Shown in pieces: positions 1-6,570 of a stretch of 10,678 bases of DNA. The position numbers and the translations under genes are program-made. The first letter of the stretch is position 1, and each line of letters starts with the position of its first letter. This stretch comes from Spirochaetia bacterium (GTDB lineage: Bacteria; Spirochaetota; Spirochaetia; CADAEX01). Below the pieces are notes generated by a model. That model made no database searches. It was not told where the DNA came from and saw only the letters and a list, made by a program, of their open reading frames with translations. The stretch is taken from NCBI GenBank assembly GCA_963662265.2, contig CAXXHA010000002.1, positions 1-10,678 of the forward strand, written 5' to 3'.

Positions 1-84
1 TCTGGCTGAAAAAGTTTTAATAAGCCATCAGGGATGGCCCCCCTGAAGATCGATGATTTATGTCATTATACGAGGCGGTTCAAA

Positions 85-930
85 ATGAAAAGAGATTTCA
101 GTAAAAATCTGGTAGTGATAACCGGTTGTGACAGCGGTATCGGTAAAAGCCTGGCTGAAGTATATTTGCAAAATGGCTATTCTGTCTTAATATCATATCT
201 GCAGGACAATCCCTTCCATCCAGGCAAACAGCTTTTTACAGAACAGCTTGACATAACTGATGAGAAATCAATCATTAATTTCCATAAAACAATACTTGAA
301 GTCTTAAAAAAAGGACTTAAATTAACTTTTTTAATAAACAATGCAGGCATTGCCATGGGCGGGCCTGTTGAGGACTTGCCTGTGAAAATATTCAGACAAG
401 TCTTTGAAGTAAACTTTTTCGGTTTGATTTCCCTGACCCAAAAAGCAATTCCCCAACTGATCAAAGACAGGGGCAGAATAATTATTATAGGTTCAATGGC
501 CGGTAAAATTGCCATGCCGTTTTTATCACCTTATTCTGCAAGTAAATTTGCTCTGGAAGGTTTTAGCGACTCTCTTAGAAGGGAATTATTGCCCTTTGGT
601 GTAAAAGCTGTTTTACTGGAACCTGGCGGTATTGCAACGCCAATCTGGTCAAAGGCAAAAACACAGGACATTTCATTTATCGGGGAAAAATATCTTCACA
701 GCATGAAAAAATTTGAAGAAAAGTTTATCGATCCCAATTTAAAAGCCATGTCGCCAAATAAAGCAGCCTTGAAGATTTTCAGAATTATCGGCAAGAAACA
801 TTTAAAATCCCGCTATCTGATTGCTGAGAATAAAGTAAGTGCATATCTGCCCCTGCTGATACCGGTTAAACTTTTTGACAGTCTCGTATTAAAGCTTTTT
901 GATATGAATTACGGTAAAAAGAATTATTAA
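85..930 (+). CDS. Classical short-chain dehydrogenase/reductase (SDR), NAD(P)-dependent oxidoreductase
   Basis: TGCDSGIG (TGxxxGxG), NNAG, catalytic Ser in GSMAG and YSASK (YxxxK). The start is moved from 34 to ATG 85, which follows the SD-like GAGGCGG (72-78) and places the Rossmann motif about 10 residues in. Confidence 0.95.
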   Translation: MKRDFSKNLVVITGCDSGIGKSLAEVYLQNGYSVLISYLQDNPFHPGKQLFTEQLDITDEKSIINFHKTILEVLKKGLKLTFLINNAGIAMGGPVEDLPVKIFRQVFEVNFFGLISLTQKAIPQLIKDRGRIIIIGSMAGKIAMPFLSPYSASKFALEGFSDSLRRELLPFGVKAVLLEPGGIATPIWSKAKTQDISFIGEKYLHSMKKFEEKFIDPNLKAMSPNKAALKIFRIIGKKHLKSRYLIAENKVSAYLPLLIPVKLFDSLVLKLFDMNYGKKNY

Positions 931-1004
931 AATATAAATAATTTGAAAAGTTGAATTAAGTTAAATGATGAAGATTGATTTTAAAAAATATAATAAAAAC
1001 AGCA

Positions 1005-1110
1005 CATCTAAATCAGTTGGAGCAGATTTGATTTTTTATCACGGTTCTTGTAGGGCAAGAACACGTGCCAACACTACGGACAGATAAACAGCTTAAATAG
1101 GTCCAATACG
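1005..1110 (+). mobile_element. Possible degenerate integron attC-like remnant (hairpin element)
   Basis: Intergenic segment more GC-rich than its flanks. Core hairpin CACG-GTTCTTG-taggg-CAAGAAC-a-CGTG (1040-1067) lies within TCACG...CGTGCCA. It is preceded by ATCTAAA-TCAGTTGGAGCAGA (imperfect R''/L'') and followed by CAGCTTAAATAG (imperfect L'). There is no intact GTTRRRY. Confidence 0.4.
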
Positions 1111-1190
1111 GATAAAAGTAGTAAAAATGACAATAGAATATAGCGAAATAATAAAAATATGGAATATAGTACTTACATGGCAGTCTCAGT

Positions 1191-1230
1191 AAAAAAGCCG
1201 ATAGATGGTGTTTCCATATACTATCGGCTT
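1191..1230 (-). terminator. Rho-independent terminator of the tautomerase gene
   Basis: AAGCCGATAG (1195-1204) pairs with CTATCGGCTT (1221-1230), with an inner ATGG/CCAT pair. A6 at 1191-1196 gives a U-tract on the minus strand, just past the stop codon at 1238. Confidence 0.85.
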
Positions 1231-1237
1231 ATCATTA

Positions 1238-1432
1238 TTACTTGTTTTTCAGTATTTCTTCCAGCGATGTACCGCCAATACCCCAGTTATTAACAGGGTA
1301 TTCCTTTATTAAAACAGTGAATGAAGATTCAGGTATTGATGTTATTTCTGATGCAGTTTTTGTCAGTGATTTAATTAATTCTTTCTTTTGTTCATCTGTA
1401 GCATGTGCAGCTTCATAAGTGATAAATGGCAT
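1238..1432 (-). CDS. 4-oxalocrotonate tautomerase family protein (DmpI-like)
   Basis: 64 aa starting M-P (catalytic Pro1 after Met removal), with 'EQKKELIKSLT' helix and 'NWGIGG' motif. SD AAAGGGG lies upstream on the minus strand. Confidence 0.93.
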   Translation of the reverse strand: MPFITYEAAHATDEQKKELIKSLTKTASEITSIPESSFTVLIKEYPVNNWGIGGTSLEEILKNK

Positions 1433-1479
1433 ATAAAACCCCTTTGAAATAAATTTGAAAACCTTAACATCTTTAAAAG

Positions 1480-1610
1480 GTATCCATGGAAACTATAATA
1501 TATCAATAAAGTTTCCATGTCAACTAAATAACGGTTTAAAATATACTTGTACATCACAATAAGGAATTTATGGTTTGTAATGCGCAGTGAAAGAATGTTG
1601 CTGGGGAAAC
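1480..1610. promoter_or_regulatory. Three 14-bp pseudo-palindromic operator boxes, likely MarR sites
   Basis: GTATCCATGGAAAC (1480-1493), GTTTCCATGTCAAC (1511-1524) and GTTGCTGGGGAAAC (1597-1610), each followed by TA. The ideal palindrome is GTTTCCATGGAAAC. Confidence 0.7.
1495..1523 (-). promoter_or_regulatory. Sigma70 promoter of the tautomerase gene
   Basis: Minus strand TTGACA (1523-1518), 17 nt spacer, TATTAT (1500-1495). Confidence 0.75.
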
Positions 1611-1626
1611 TAATCAATGTTATATT
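1598..1626 (+). promoter_or_regulatory. Sigma70 promoter of marR
   Basis: TTGCTG (1598-1603), 17 nt spacer, TATATT (1621-1626), with an extended -10 TG at 1618-1619. Confidence 0.55.
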
Positions 1627-1657
1627 TTGATAATATAAACGGGGAAAAATAATTTAT

Positions 1658-2110
1658 ATGCTTATGAAAGATAATGAACTCGGGCCAGTGGTAATAGGGA
1701 AATTGATGAATATCGGGGGGATGCTGCAGCGGAAAGCAAATAAATTGCTTTATCCGGTAGGTTTAAATCAGCAGCAGTTCTCCATTTTATTTGAAATAAG
1801 AAAAGCTGAAAGAGTAAGTCAAAAGTCGATGGTTAACCGTCTTGTGCTGGAAAAGGCACATGTTTCAAAAATAATCAGTAAACTGCATAAAATGGAACTG
1901 ATAGTGATTGAACCTTCTAAGGAAGATAGGCGTTCTTCGTGGATATCTATAACTCCCAAAGGAATAGAAACTGTAACACAATGCAAGGAAATCTTTGCAG
2001 AATGGAATAAGGAATGGATAAACAAAATGGATAAAAATGATTGCATATCCATGATTGATAATTTATCAGTTCTTCAGAATATTCTTAAAGAAGATATTCA
2101 AAACGATTGA
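1658..2110 (+). CDS. MarR-family transcriptional regulator
   Basis: 150 aa. 'GLNQQQFSILFEI', winged HTH 'KAHVSKIISKLHKMELI' and wing motif 'EDRRSSWISITPKG' (DRR...TxKG). Confidence 0.95.
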   Translation: MLMKDNELGPVVIGKLMNIGGMLQRKANKLLYPVGLNQQQFSILFEIRKAERVSQKSMVNRLVLEKAHVSKIISKLHKMELIVIEPSKEDRRSSWISITPKGIETVTQCKEIFAEWNKEWINKMDKNDCISMIDNLSVLQNILKEDIQND

Positions 2111-2172
2111 TCATTATCAGGAATAGTAAAAGAAAATTAAAAGGTATTATTTAAACAAAATTGGAGGATAAA

Positions 2173-2586
2173 ATGGAATTAACTCAAAAAGAAATAGAAC
2201 AGATAAAAGAAGATGTTAATTTGAAATTCAACGAACTGGTTGAAGCCAGCAAATCACTGGATTTCGACCGGTACATGGAATTCATCGACAGGGAAAACTT
2301 CTTAGGTCTGAACCCGGATGGAAGCGTTCTTCATTCAGGAGAAGAACTGGCACAGATATATAGGCCTGGTTTCTCAATGATGGAAAAAATAGAATCACTG
2401 GAATTCAATAAGGTTAAAATAAATGTAATTAATAAAACTACTGCAGTATTGGTTAATGAGTTTAATGACTGTACCAGGTTGAAGAATGGTGAGAAATATT
2501 CAAGTGAAGGGGGAGGCCTTCAGGTATGGTCGCTGAAAAATGATTCCTGGAAATTAGTAAGTATTTCAAGCAGTAATAAACAGTAA
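2173..2586 (+). CDS. NTF2-like/SnoaL-like (DUF4440-type) protein
   Basis: About 137 aa: N-terminal helix, 'LDFDRYMEF', 'NPDG', and C-terminal strands 'QVWSLKNDSWKLVS', typical of the NTF2 fold. ATG 2173 follows GGAGG (2163-2167). Confidence 0.8.
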   Translation: MELTQKEIEQIKEDVNLKFNELVEASKSLDFDRYMEFIDRENFLGLNPDGSVLHSGEELAQIYRPGFSMMEKIESLEFNKVKINVINKTTAVLVNEFNDCTRLKNGEKYSSEGGGLQVWSLKNDSWKLVSISSSNKQ

Positions 2587-2594
2587 TAATTTAT

Positions 2595-3200
2595 ATGGAA
2601 ATTGAAATAAAACCCTACTGCAGCAGTTTCTATAATGATGTTCTCACACTCTTCAACAATGCATTCGGAGATAAGTTTGCCTGCATCATAAAAGATGAGA
2701 ATAAGAGAAAAGAGTTTTCTCATGATGCAGGTTTTGTCTATAACAGGTGTTTTCCCGGCAACCTGATAGCTGTCATGGATAATAAACTTTACGGATATCT
2801 CTGGCTTGATTACAAGGGGCAGAACAAGGGAAAACATGTTTTTAACAGCAATATACTCAAGATAATAAAAAGATACGGGCTTTTTAAATGTGTAAAAGGT
2901 CTTATGCTTGCTGTTGTATTTGACTACACTCCTGTTGAAGATGAACTCTATATCGAATCAGTTGCTGTAGCTCCCGAATCACGGGGTATGGGGCTTGGTA
3001 CAAAATTCCTTGAATATGCGGAAAAGTTTGCAATGGACAGGGGTTTTAAGAACATTACTCTTCATGTGATTGAGGAAAACAGCAGGGCAAAGAAGCTGTA
3101 TGAAAGGTTCGGATTTGAAACAGTCTCTGTTTTTTATTCAAAGTTAACAGCTTCAGTTACAGGGCTTAACAGGGTTTATTTCATGAGGAAAAATATATAA
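2595..3200 (+). CDS. GNAT-family N-acetyltransferase
   Basis: Motif A 'LYIESVAVAPESRGMGLGTKFL' (RxxGxG) and motif B 'LHVIEENSRAKKLYERFGF'. It starts 8 nt after the upstream stop. Confidence 0.95.
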   Translation: MEIEIKPYCSSFYNDVLTLFNNAFGDKFACIIKDENKRKEFSHDAGFVYNRCFPGNLIAVMDNKLYGYLWLDYKGQNKGKHVFNSNILKIIKRYGLFKCVKGLMLAVVFDYTPVEDELYIESVAVAPESRGMGLGTKFLEYAEKFAMDRGFKNITLHVIEENSRAKKLYERFGFETVSVFYSKLTASVTGLNRVYFMRKNI

Positions 3201-3282
3201 ATATTAAATACACTTTTTTAAACATAAATAACACTATATTCTGATTAATTGAATGTATTTTATCTGTAAATTATTCTTCAAA

Positions 3283-4005
3283 TTATCTTTTATTTATACA
3301 TAAACTTCCCTGGTATTTATCAAGCAGACTAATAATTCTGTTCCTGACCGATATCATTTCAGGAGACTGCAGGTTATTCTGTTTCTGAGTTTTGTTTATT
3401 CTGAACTCTTCAAGTATTGATGCAGGATTTTTACCCAGCACAATAATTCTGTCAGCCAGTATTAAAGCTTCGTCTATTTCATGAGTTACATAAATGAGAG
3501 TACGCTTTTCATATTCTATTAAACTCAGAATACTGTTTAGAAGATTCATTCTCAGGCTGTAATCCAGTGATTTAAGCGGTTCATCCATAAGCAGCAGTTC
3601 CGCAGGATAAAAAAATCCCCTTGCGATTGATATTCTCTGTCTCATCCCGCCGCTGAGCTGATCAGGTTTGTATTTTTCAAATCCTTCAAGATCAACAAGC
3701 TTTATTAGCTTTTTCAGTTCCGACCTGTCAGCGCCTGGATTAACAATTGATATGTTATTCTCTGCATTTTCCCATGGGAGAAGCCTGTCCTCCTGGAAAA
3801 CGTAACTTACCTTGTTGAAGTTGCGGTATACAGATCCGTTTGAAGGCTCAAGATTTCCCGATATCAGATTTAAAACTGTTGTTTTTCCGCAGCCCGAAGG
3901 ACCAATAATGCATATAATTTCCTCTTTATCTATGTTCAAAGAAAGATCAGAGATAATATTTCTTTCATTGAATGACAGGTTTATATTTTCCAGTTTAACT
4001 ATCAT
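3283..4005 (-). CDS. NitT/TauT-family ABC transporter ATP-binding protein
   Basis: Walker A GPSGCGKT, 'VFQEDRLLPW', signature LSGGMRQR, Walker B LLLMDEP, H-loop VTHE. The likely start is ATG 4005 (MIVKLENI), overlapping the permease end by 11 nt. Confidence 0.95.
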   Translation of the reverse strand: MIVKLENINLSFNERNIISDLSLNIDKEEIICIIGPSGCGKTTVLNLISGNLEPSNGSVYRNFNKVSYVFQEDRLLPWENAENNISIVNPGADRSELKKLIKLVDLEGFEKYKPDQLSGGMRQRISIARGFFYPAELLLMDEPLKSLDYSLRMNLLNSILSLIEYEKRTLIYVTHEIDEALILADRIIVLGKNPASILEEFRINKTQKQNNLQSPEMISVRNRIISLLDKYQGSLCINKR

Positions 4006-4744
4006 TTTTTCCCACCAGTTTTCCAGCGCCATGCTGAGTCAAAATACAGAATATGATTATTATCAGTCCAAGAGAGAAGACTTTTTCAGTTTCAAGATTC
4101 ATTCTTGCCTCTGTCAGCAATGCTCCGATTCCTGTCCCTGCCGAGAGCACTTCTCCCATAACAAGCATTTTCCAGCTTAATCCAAGCATTATTATCAGTC
4201 CTGATTTTAAATAATTTATAAGGGAAGGAATAATAATTTTGAATATTATTCTTGTTCTTGAAAACCTGAATGTATGTCCCATCTCTATGAGTTTGGGATC
4301 AATATTTGCAAAGCCTTCACAGAGATTGACTGAAAGAATAGGGAAGGAAACAACAGTTACTATAAAGATTGTGGCTTTACCGTTCAGGCCGAACCATATC
4401 ATTGCCAGTGTTATATACAGAATAGGGGGGATACTCTGAAGAAGATATATAACCGGCGATATAAAATCCTTAAGCGGTTTTATAATTCCCATCAATAGGC
4501 CGAATGTAATTCCCAGTATCAGCGACAGCGACAGTGCTGTTAAGAGTCTGATGCAGCTGACAATAAGCGCATTATAAAACACAATATCCCCGAGACTGTT
4601 AAAAAGACTCTTTAAAGTCATCATTGGTCCCGGAAGTATCACTGCATTATAATGCATTGAAGTTATCTGCCATAAAAAAATAATTACAAATACTGTAACC
4701 AGTTTTTTTATTCTGTATTTTGATACAATAAATCTATTTTTCAT
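3995..4744 (-). CDS. NitT/TauT-family ABC transporter permease
   Basis: Multiple hydrophobic segments, 'ILPGP', 'LQSIPPI...WFG', and EAA-like loop 'LIEMGHTFRFSRTRIIFKIIIPS'. It overlaps the SBP gene by 11 nt. Confidence 0.95.
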   Translation of the reverse strand: MKNRFIVSKYRIKKLVTVFVIIFLWQITSMHYNAVILPGPMMTLKSLFNSLGDIVFYNALIVSCIRLLTALSLSLILGITFGLLMGIIKPLKDFISPVIYLLQSIPPILYITLAMIWFGLNGKATIFIVTVVSFPILSVNLCEGFANIDPKLIEMGHTFRFSRTRIIFKIIIPSLINYLKSGLIIMLGLSWKMLVMGEVLSAGTGIGALLTEARMNLETEKVFSLGLIIIIFCILTQHGAGKLVGKNDS

Positions 4745-5726
4745 AATTCAGGTAAAAATCATCTGCCGGAAGTTTTCCTCCGATAACTGCCGGTTTCATA
4801 CTGCAGAGAAGTTCAAAGTATTTTTCCACATCAGCTCTGATTTCATCCGGCTTTTTGAATACTAAATTTAATTTATCTATTGAGCCTGCAATAAGATCTG
4901 CTGGTGCATTTATATGTTTTTCTGCAAGTTTACCTGAGAGCTCTGTATTTTCAGAAACAGTATTTACAGCTTCTGCGAAAGCGCTGTTAAATTCTGTTAA
5001 GAAAGGGATACCTCTTTCCATTGCGCTTGTTTTTGCTATCATACAGAATCCCGGCATTTTATATCCGTTCCCTGCAATTTGTTCCCAGTCGCTGCAGTAT
5101 TCGCTTATAATTCTGTAGTTTTTTAAAGATTTTCTGTGAGCTGTTACAAAAGGCTGAACATCGACAGCATATGAAATACTGCCCTGAGAAAGAAGCTGGG
5201 CTATTTCACTGTGATTTGAATACACAATCTTTAAATCCTTTCTTGCTGTAAGTCCGTGTTTTCTCAGGAAAAGCTGTGTTGTCATGTCAGGTACCGAACC
5301 TCTTGAAGGTACATAGAGTACTTTTCCTGCCAGATCTTCCCAGCATCTGCAGTTCTGATCTGTTGTGCTCAGAAAAAGGCCTCCCCATTGAAAAACATTC
5401 ATCAGTTTTATATCAAAATTCTTGTTGAAAAGTATTGATGCTGAGTTTGAAGGCAGGAGAATAAAATCAACATCGTCTGACTGGGCAAGAGCCATCATTG
5501 CTTCCATGCTTGTATATACTTTTACTTCAACATCAGGAATATCTGATTTTTTATTTTCCTGAAGCCTGAATGCTGGCAGTATTACAGGTGAACGGGGACC
5601 TGCTATAACAATTTTATTATCAATTTTTCTGTCGTTCGTTTTTTCCAGGTTTTCACTGTTCCCTGCTGAGTAAACAAAACTTGTGAATATTAATAAAACA
5701 GCTGTAAGTATTATTATTTTTTTCAT
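4734..5726 (-). CDS. NitT/TauT-family ABC transporter substrate-binding protein
   Basis: Signal peptide MKKIIILTAVLLIFTSFVYSA, PBP2-type 'WEDLAGKVLYVP...PD' motif, and SD AAGGAG. It is the first gene of the ABC operon. Confidence 0.92.
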   Translation of the reverse strand: MKKIIILTAVLLIFTSFVYSAGNSENLEKTNDRKIDNKIVIAGPRSPVILPAFRLQENKKSDIPDVEVKVYTSMEAMMALAQSDDVDFILLPSNSASILFNKNFDIKLMNVFQWGGLFLSTTDQNCRCWEDLAGKVLYVPSRGSVPDMTTQLFLRKHGLTARKDLKIVYSNHSEIAQLLSQGSISYAVDVQPFVTAHRKSLKNYRIISEYCSDWEQIAGNGYKMPGFCMIAKTSAMERGIPFLTEFNSAFAEAVNTVSENTELSGKLAEKHINAPADLIAGSIDKLNLVFKKPDEIRADVEKYFELLCSMKPAVIGGKLPADDFYLNYEK

Positions 5727-5766
5727 TCCAACTCCTTGTTATATTATAAATTAATACAATCTAAAC

Positions 5767-5795
5767 TTGTTTTACAAGTCTAAGTAGTTTAAGAT
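5767..5795 (+). promoter_or_regulatory. Candidate sigma70 promoter of the Crp/Fnr gene
   Basis: TTGTTT (5767-5772), 17 nt spacer, TAAGAT (5790-5795). Confidence 0.4.
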
Positions 5796-5810
5796 GATTA
5801 ACGGAGGCTA

Positions 5811-5832
5811 AACAGTATCTGGAGATACAGTT
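5811..5832. promoter_or_regulatory. 22-bp palindrome, candidate binding site of the adjacent Crp/Fnr regulator
   Basis: AACaGTATCT-GG-AGATACaGTT has 9 of 10 arm positions symmetric and lies between the divergent ABC operon and the crp gene. Confidence 0.65.
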
Positions 5833-5834
5833 AT

Positions 5835-6521
5835 TTGAAAATTATGGAAAAAATTATTACTGTTCTGCTTGAATGCAGATTGTTTTCCGGATTGAATAGG
5901 GCTGAATTAATTAGTTTACTCAATACGCTTGAATATAAAACTCATACCTATAAAAAGGGTGATTACCTGATGAGGATGGATAAACCATATCCGTATATAT
6001 CTGTAATACTGAATGGAACTGTAGAAATTCACAAACAACTTACAAACGGTAACCGTTTATGTATTGAGATACGAGACAGCGGAGAAATGTTTGGAGGGGC
6101 TGTTGTATTTGCACCTGATGGAAAAGAAACAGGTTGTGAAATTATTGCAAGATCAGCAGGTTCTCTTTTTCAGCTTTCAAAATCCAATGTCAATAAGATG
6201 CTTGCTGAGTGTCCCCGGGCAGGGCAAAACCTCAATATGATATTTTCAGAAAGAGTTATTACATTTCAGAAAAAAATGGAGCTTTTAAGTTATTCATCCA
6301 TTAAACAGAAAATTGCTTTCTACTGCAGAAATTTTATAAAACCCGGCAAAGACGGTATAATGCAGCTTCCTTTTTCAAAATCCAAATGGGCCGAAGTCAT
6401 GAATATTTCCAGACCCTCATTGATGAGAGAACTGAAGAGTCTGGAAGATGAAAAATCTCTTATTATAAACAATGACAGAACTATCAGCTTAGATAACAGT
6501 CAAATAGATAAATATCTTTAG
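5835..6521 (+). CDS. Crp/Fnr-family transcriptional regulator (HcpR-like)
   Basis: cNMP-binding beta-barrel 'YKKGDYL...ILNGTVEI...GEMFG', then 'SIKQKIAFY' and HTH 'FSKSKWAEVMNISRPSLMRELKSL'. The start is TTG 5835 (GGAG at 5821) or ATG 5844. Confidence 0.95.
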   Translation: MKIMEKIITVLLECRLFSGLNRAELISLLNTLEYKTHTYKKGDYLMRMDKPYPYISVILNGTVEIHKQLTNGNRLCIEIRDSGEMFGGAVVFAPDGKETGCEIIARSAGSLFQLSKSNVNKMLAECPRAGQNLNMIFSERVITFQKKMELLSYSSIKQKIAFYCRNFIKPGKDGIMQLPFSKSKWAEVMNISRPSLMRELKSLEDEKSLIINNDRTISLDNSQIDKYL

Positions 6522-6570
6522 AATGATGTGAAATAAACAGACGATTCAATCAGAATCAGTTTTGTTTTGA

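Noticed and set aside
2-46. Possible 3' end of an upstream gene (LAEKVLISHQGWPP*) and a small hairpin GCCATC/GATGGC at 24-38
   Set aside because: Too little sequence at the window edge to support a call. The hairpin has a 3-nt loop and no U-tract.
34-84. N-terminal extension of the SDR in the ORF track
   Set aside because: ATG 85 has the better SD and gives a normal SDR N-terminus.
177-515. 112-aa antisense ORF
   Set aside because: Shadow ORF inside the SDR gene with no motifs.
965-1087. 40-aa ORF MMKIDFKKY...TTDR across the hairpin element
   Set aside because: No SD and no recognisable motif. The sequence is better explained as a non-coding structured element.
1375-1617. 80-aa minus-strand ORF
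   Set aside because: Spans the promoters and operators, overlaps the tautomerase out of frame, and has no motifs.
1819-2837. Antisense ORFs 1819-2052 and 2520-2837
   Set aside because: Shadows of the marR, NTF2 and GNAT genes.
3812-5118. Plus-strand ORFs 3812-4180, 4239-4439 and 4855-5118
   Set aside because: Antisense to well-supported ABC transporter genes.
5803-5807. Perfect GGAGG upstream of crp
   Set aside because: There is no in-frame ATG, GTG or TTG at a suitable spacing.
5835-6521. Classical O2-sensing FNR
   Set aside because: The cysteines are scattered and there is no N-terminal Cys cluster. The recognition helix is also not FNR-type.
6530-6570. Bidirectional terminator between crp and the HydE-like gene
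   Set aside because: Only a 5-bp GATTC/GAATC core with irregular AT-rich arms, too weak to call.
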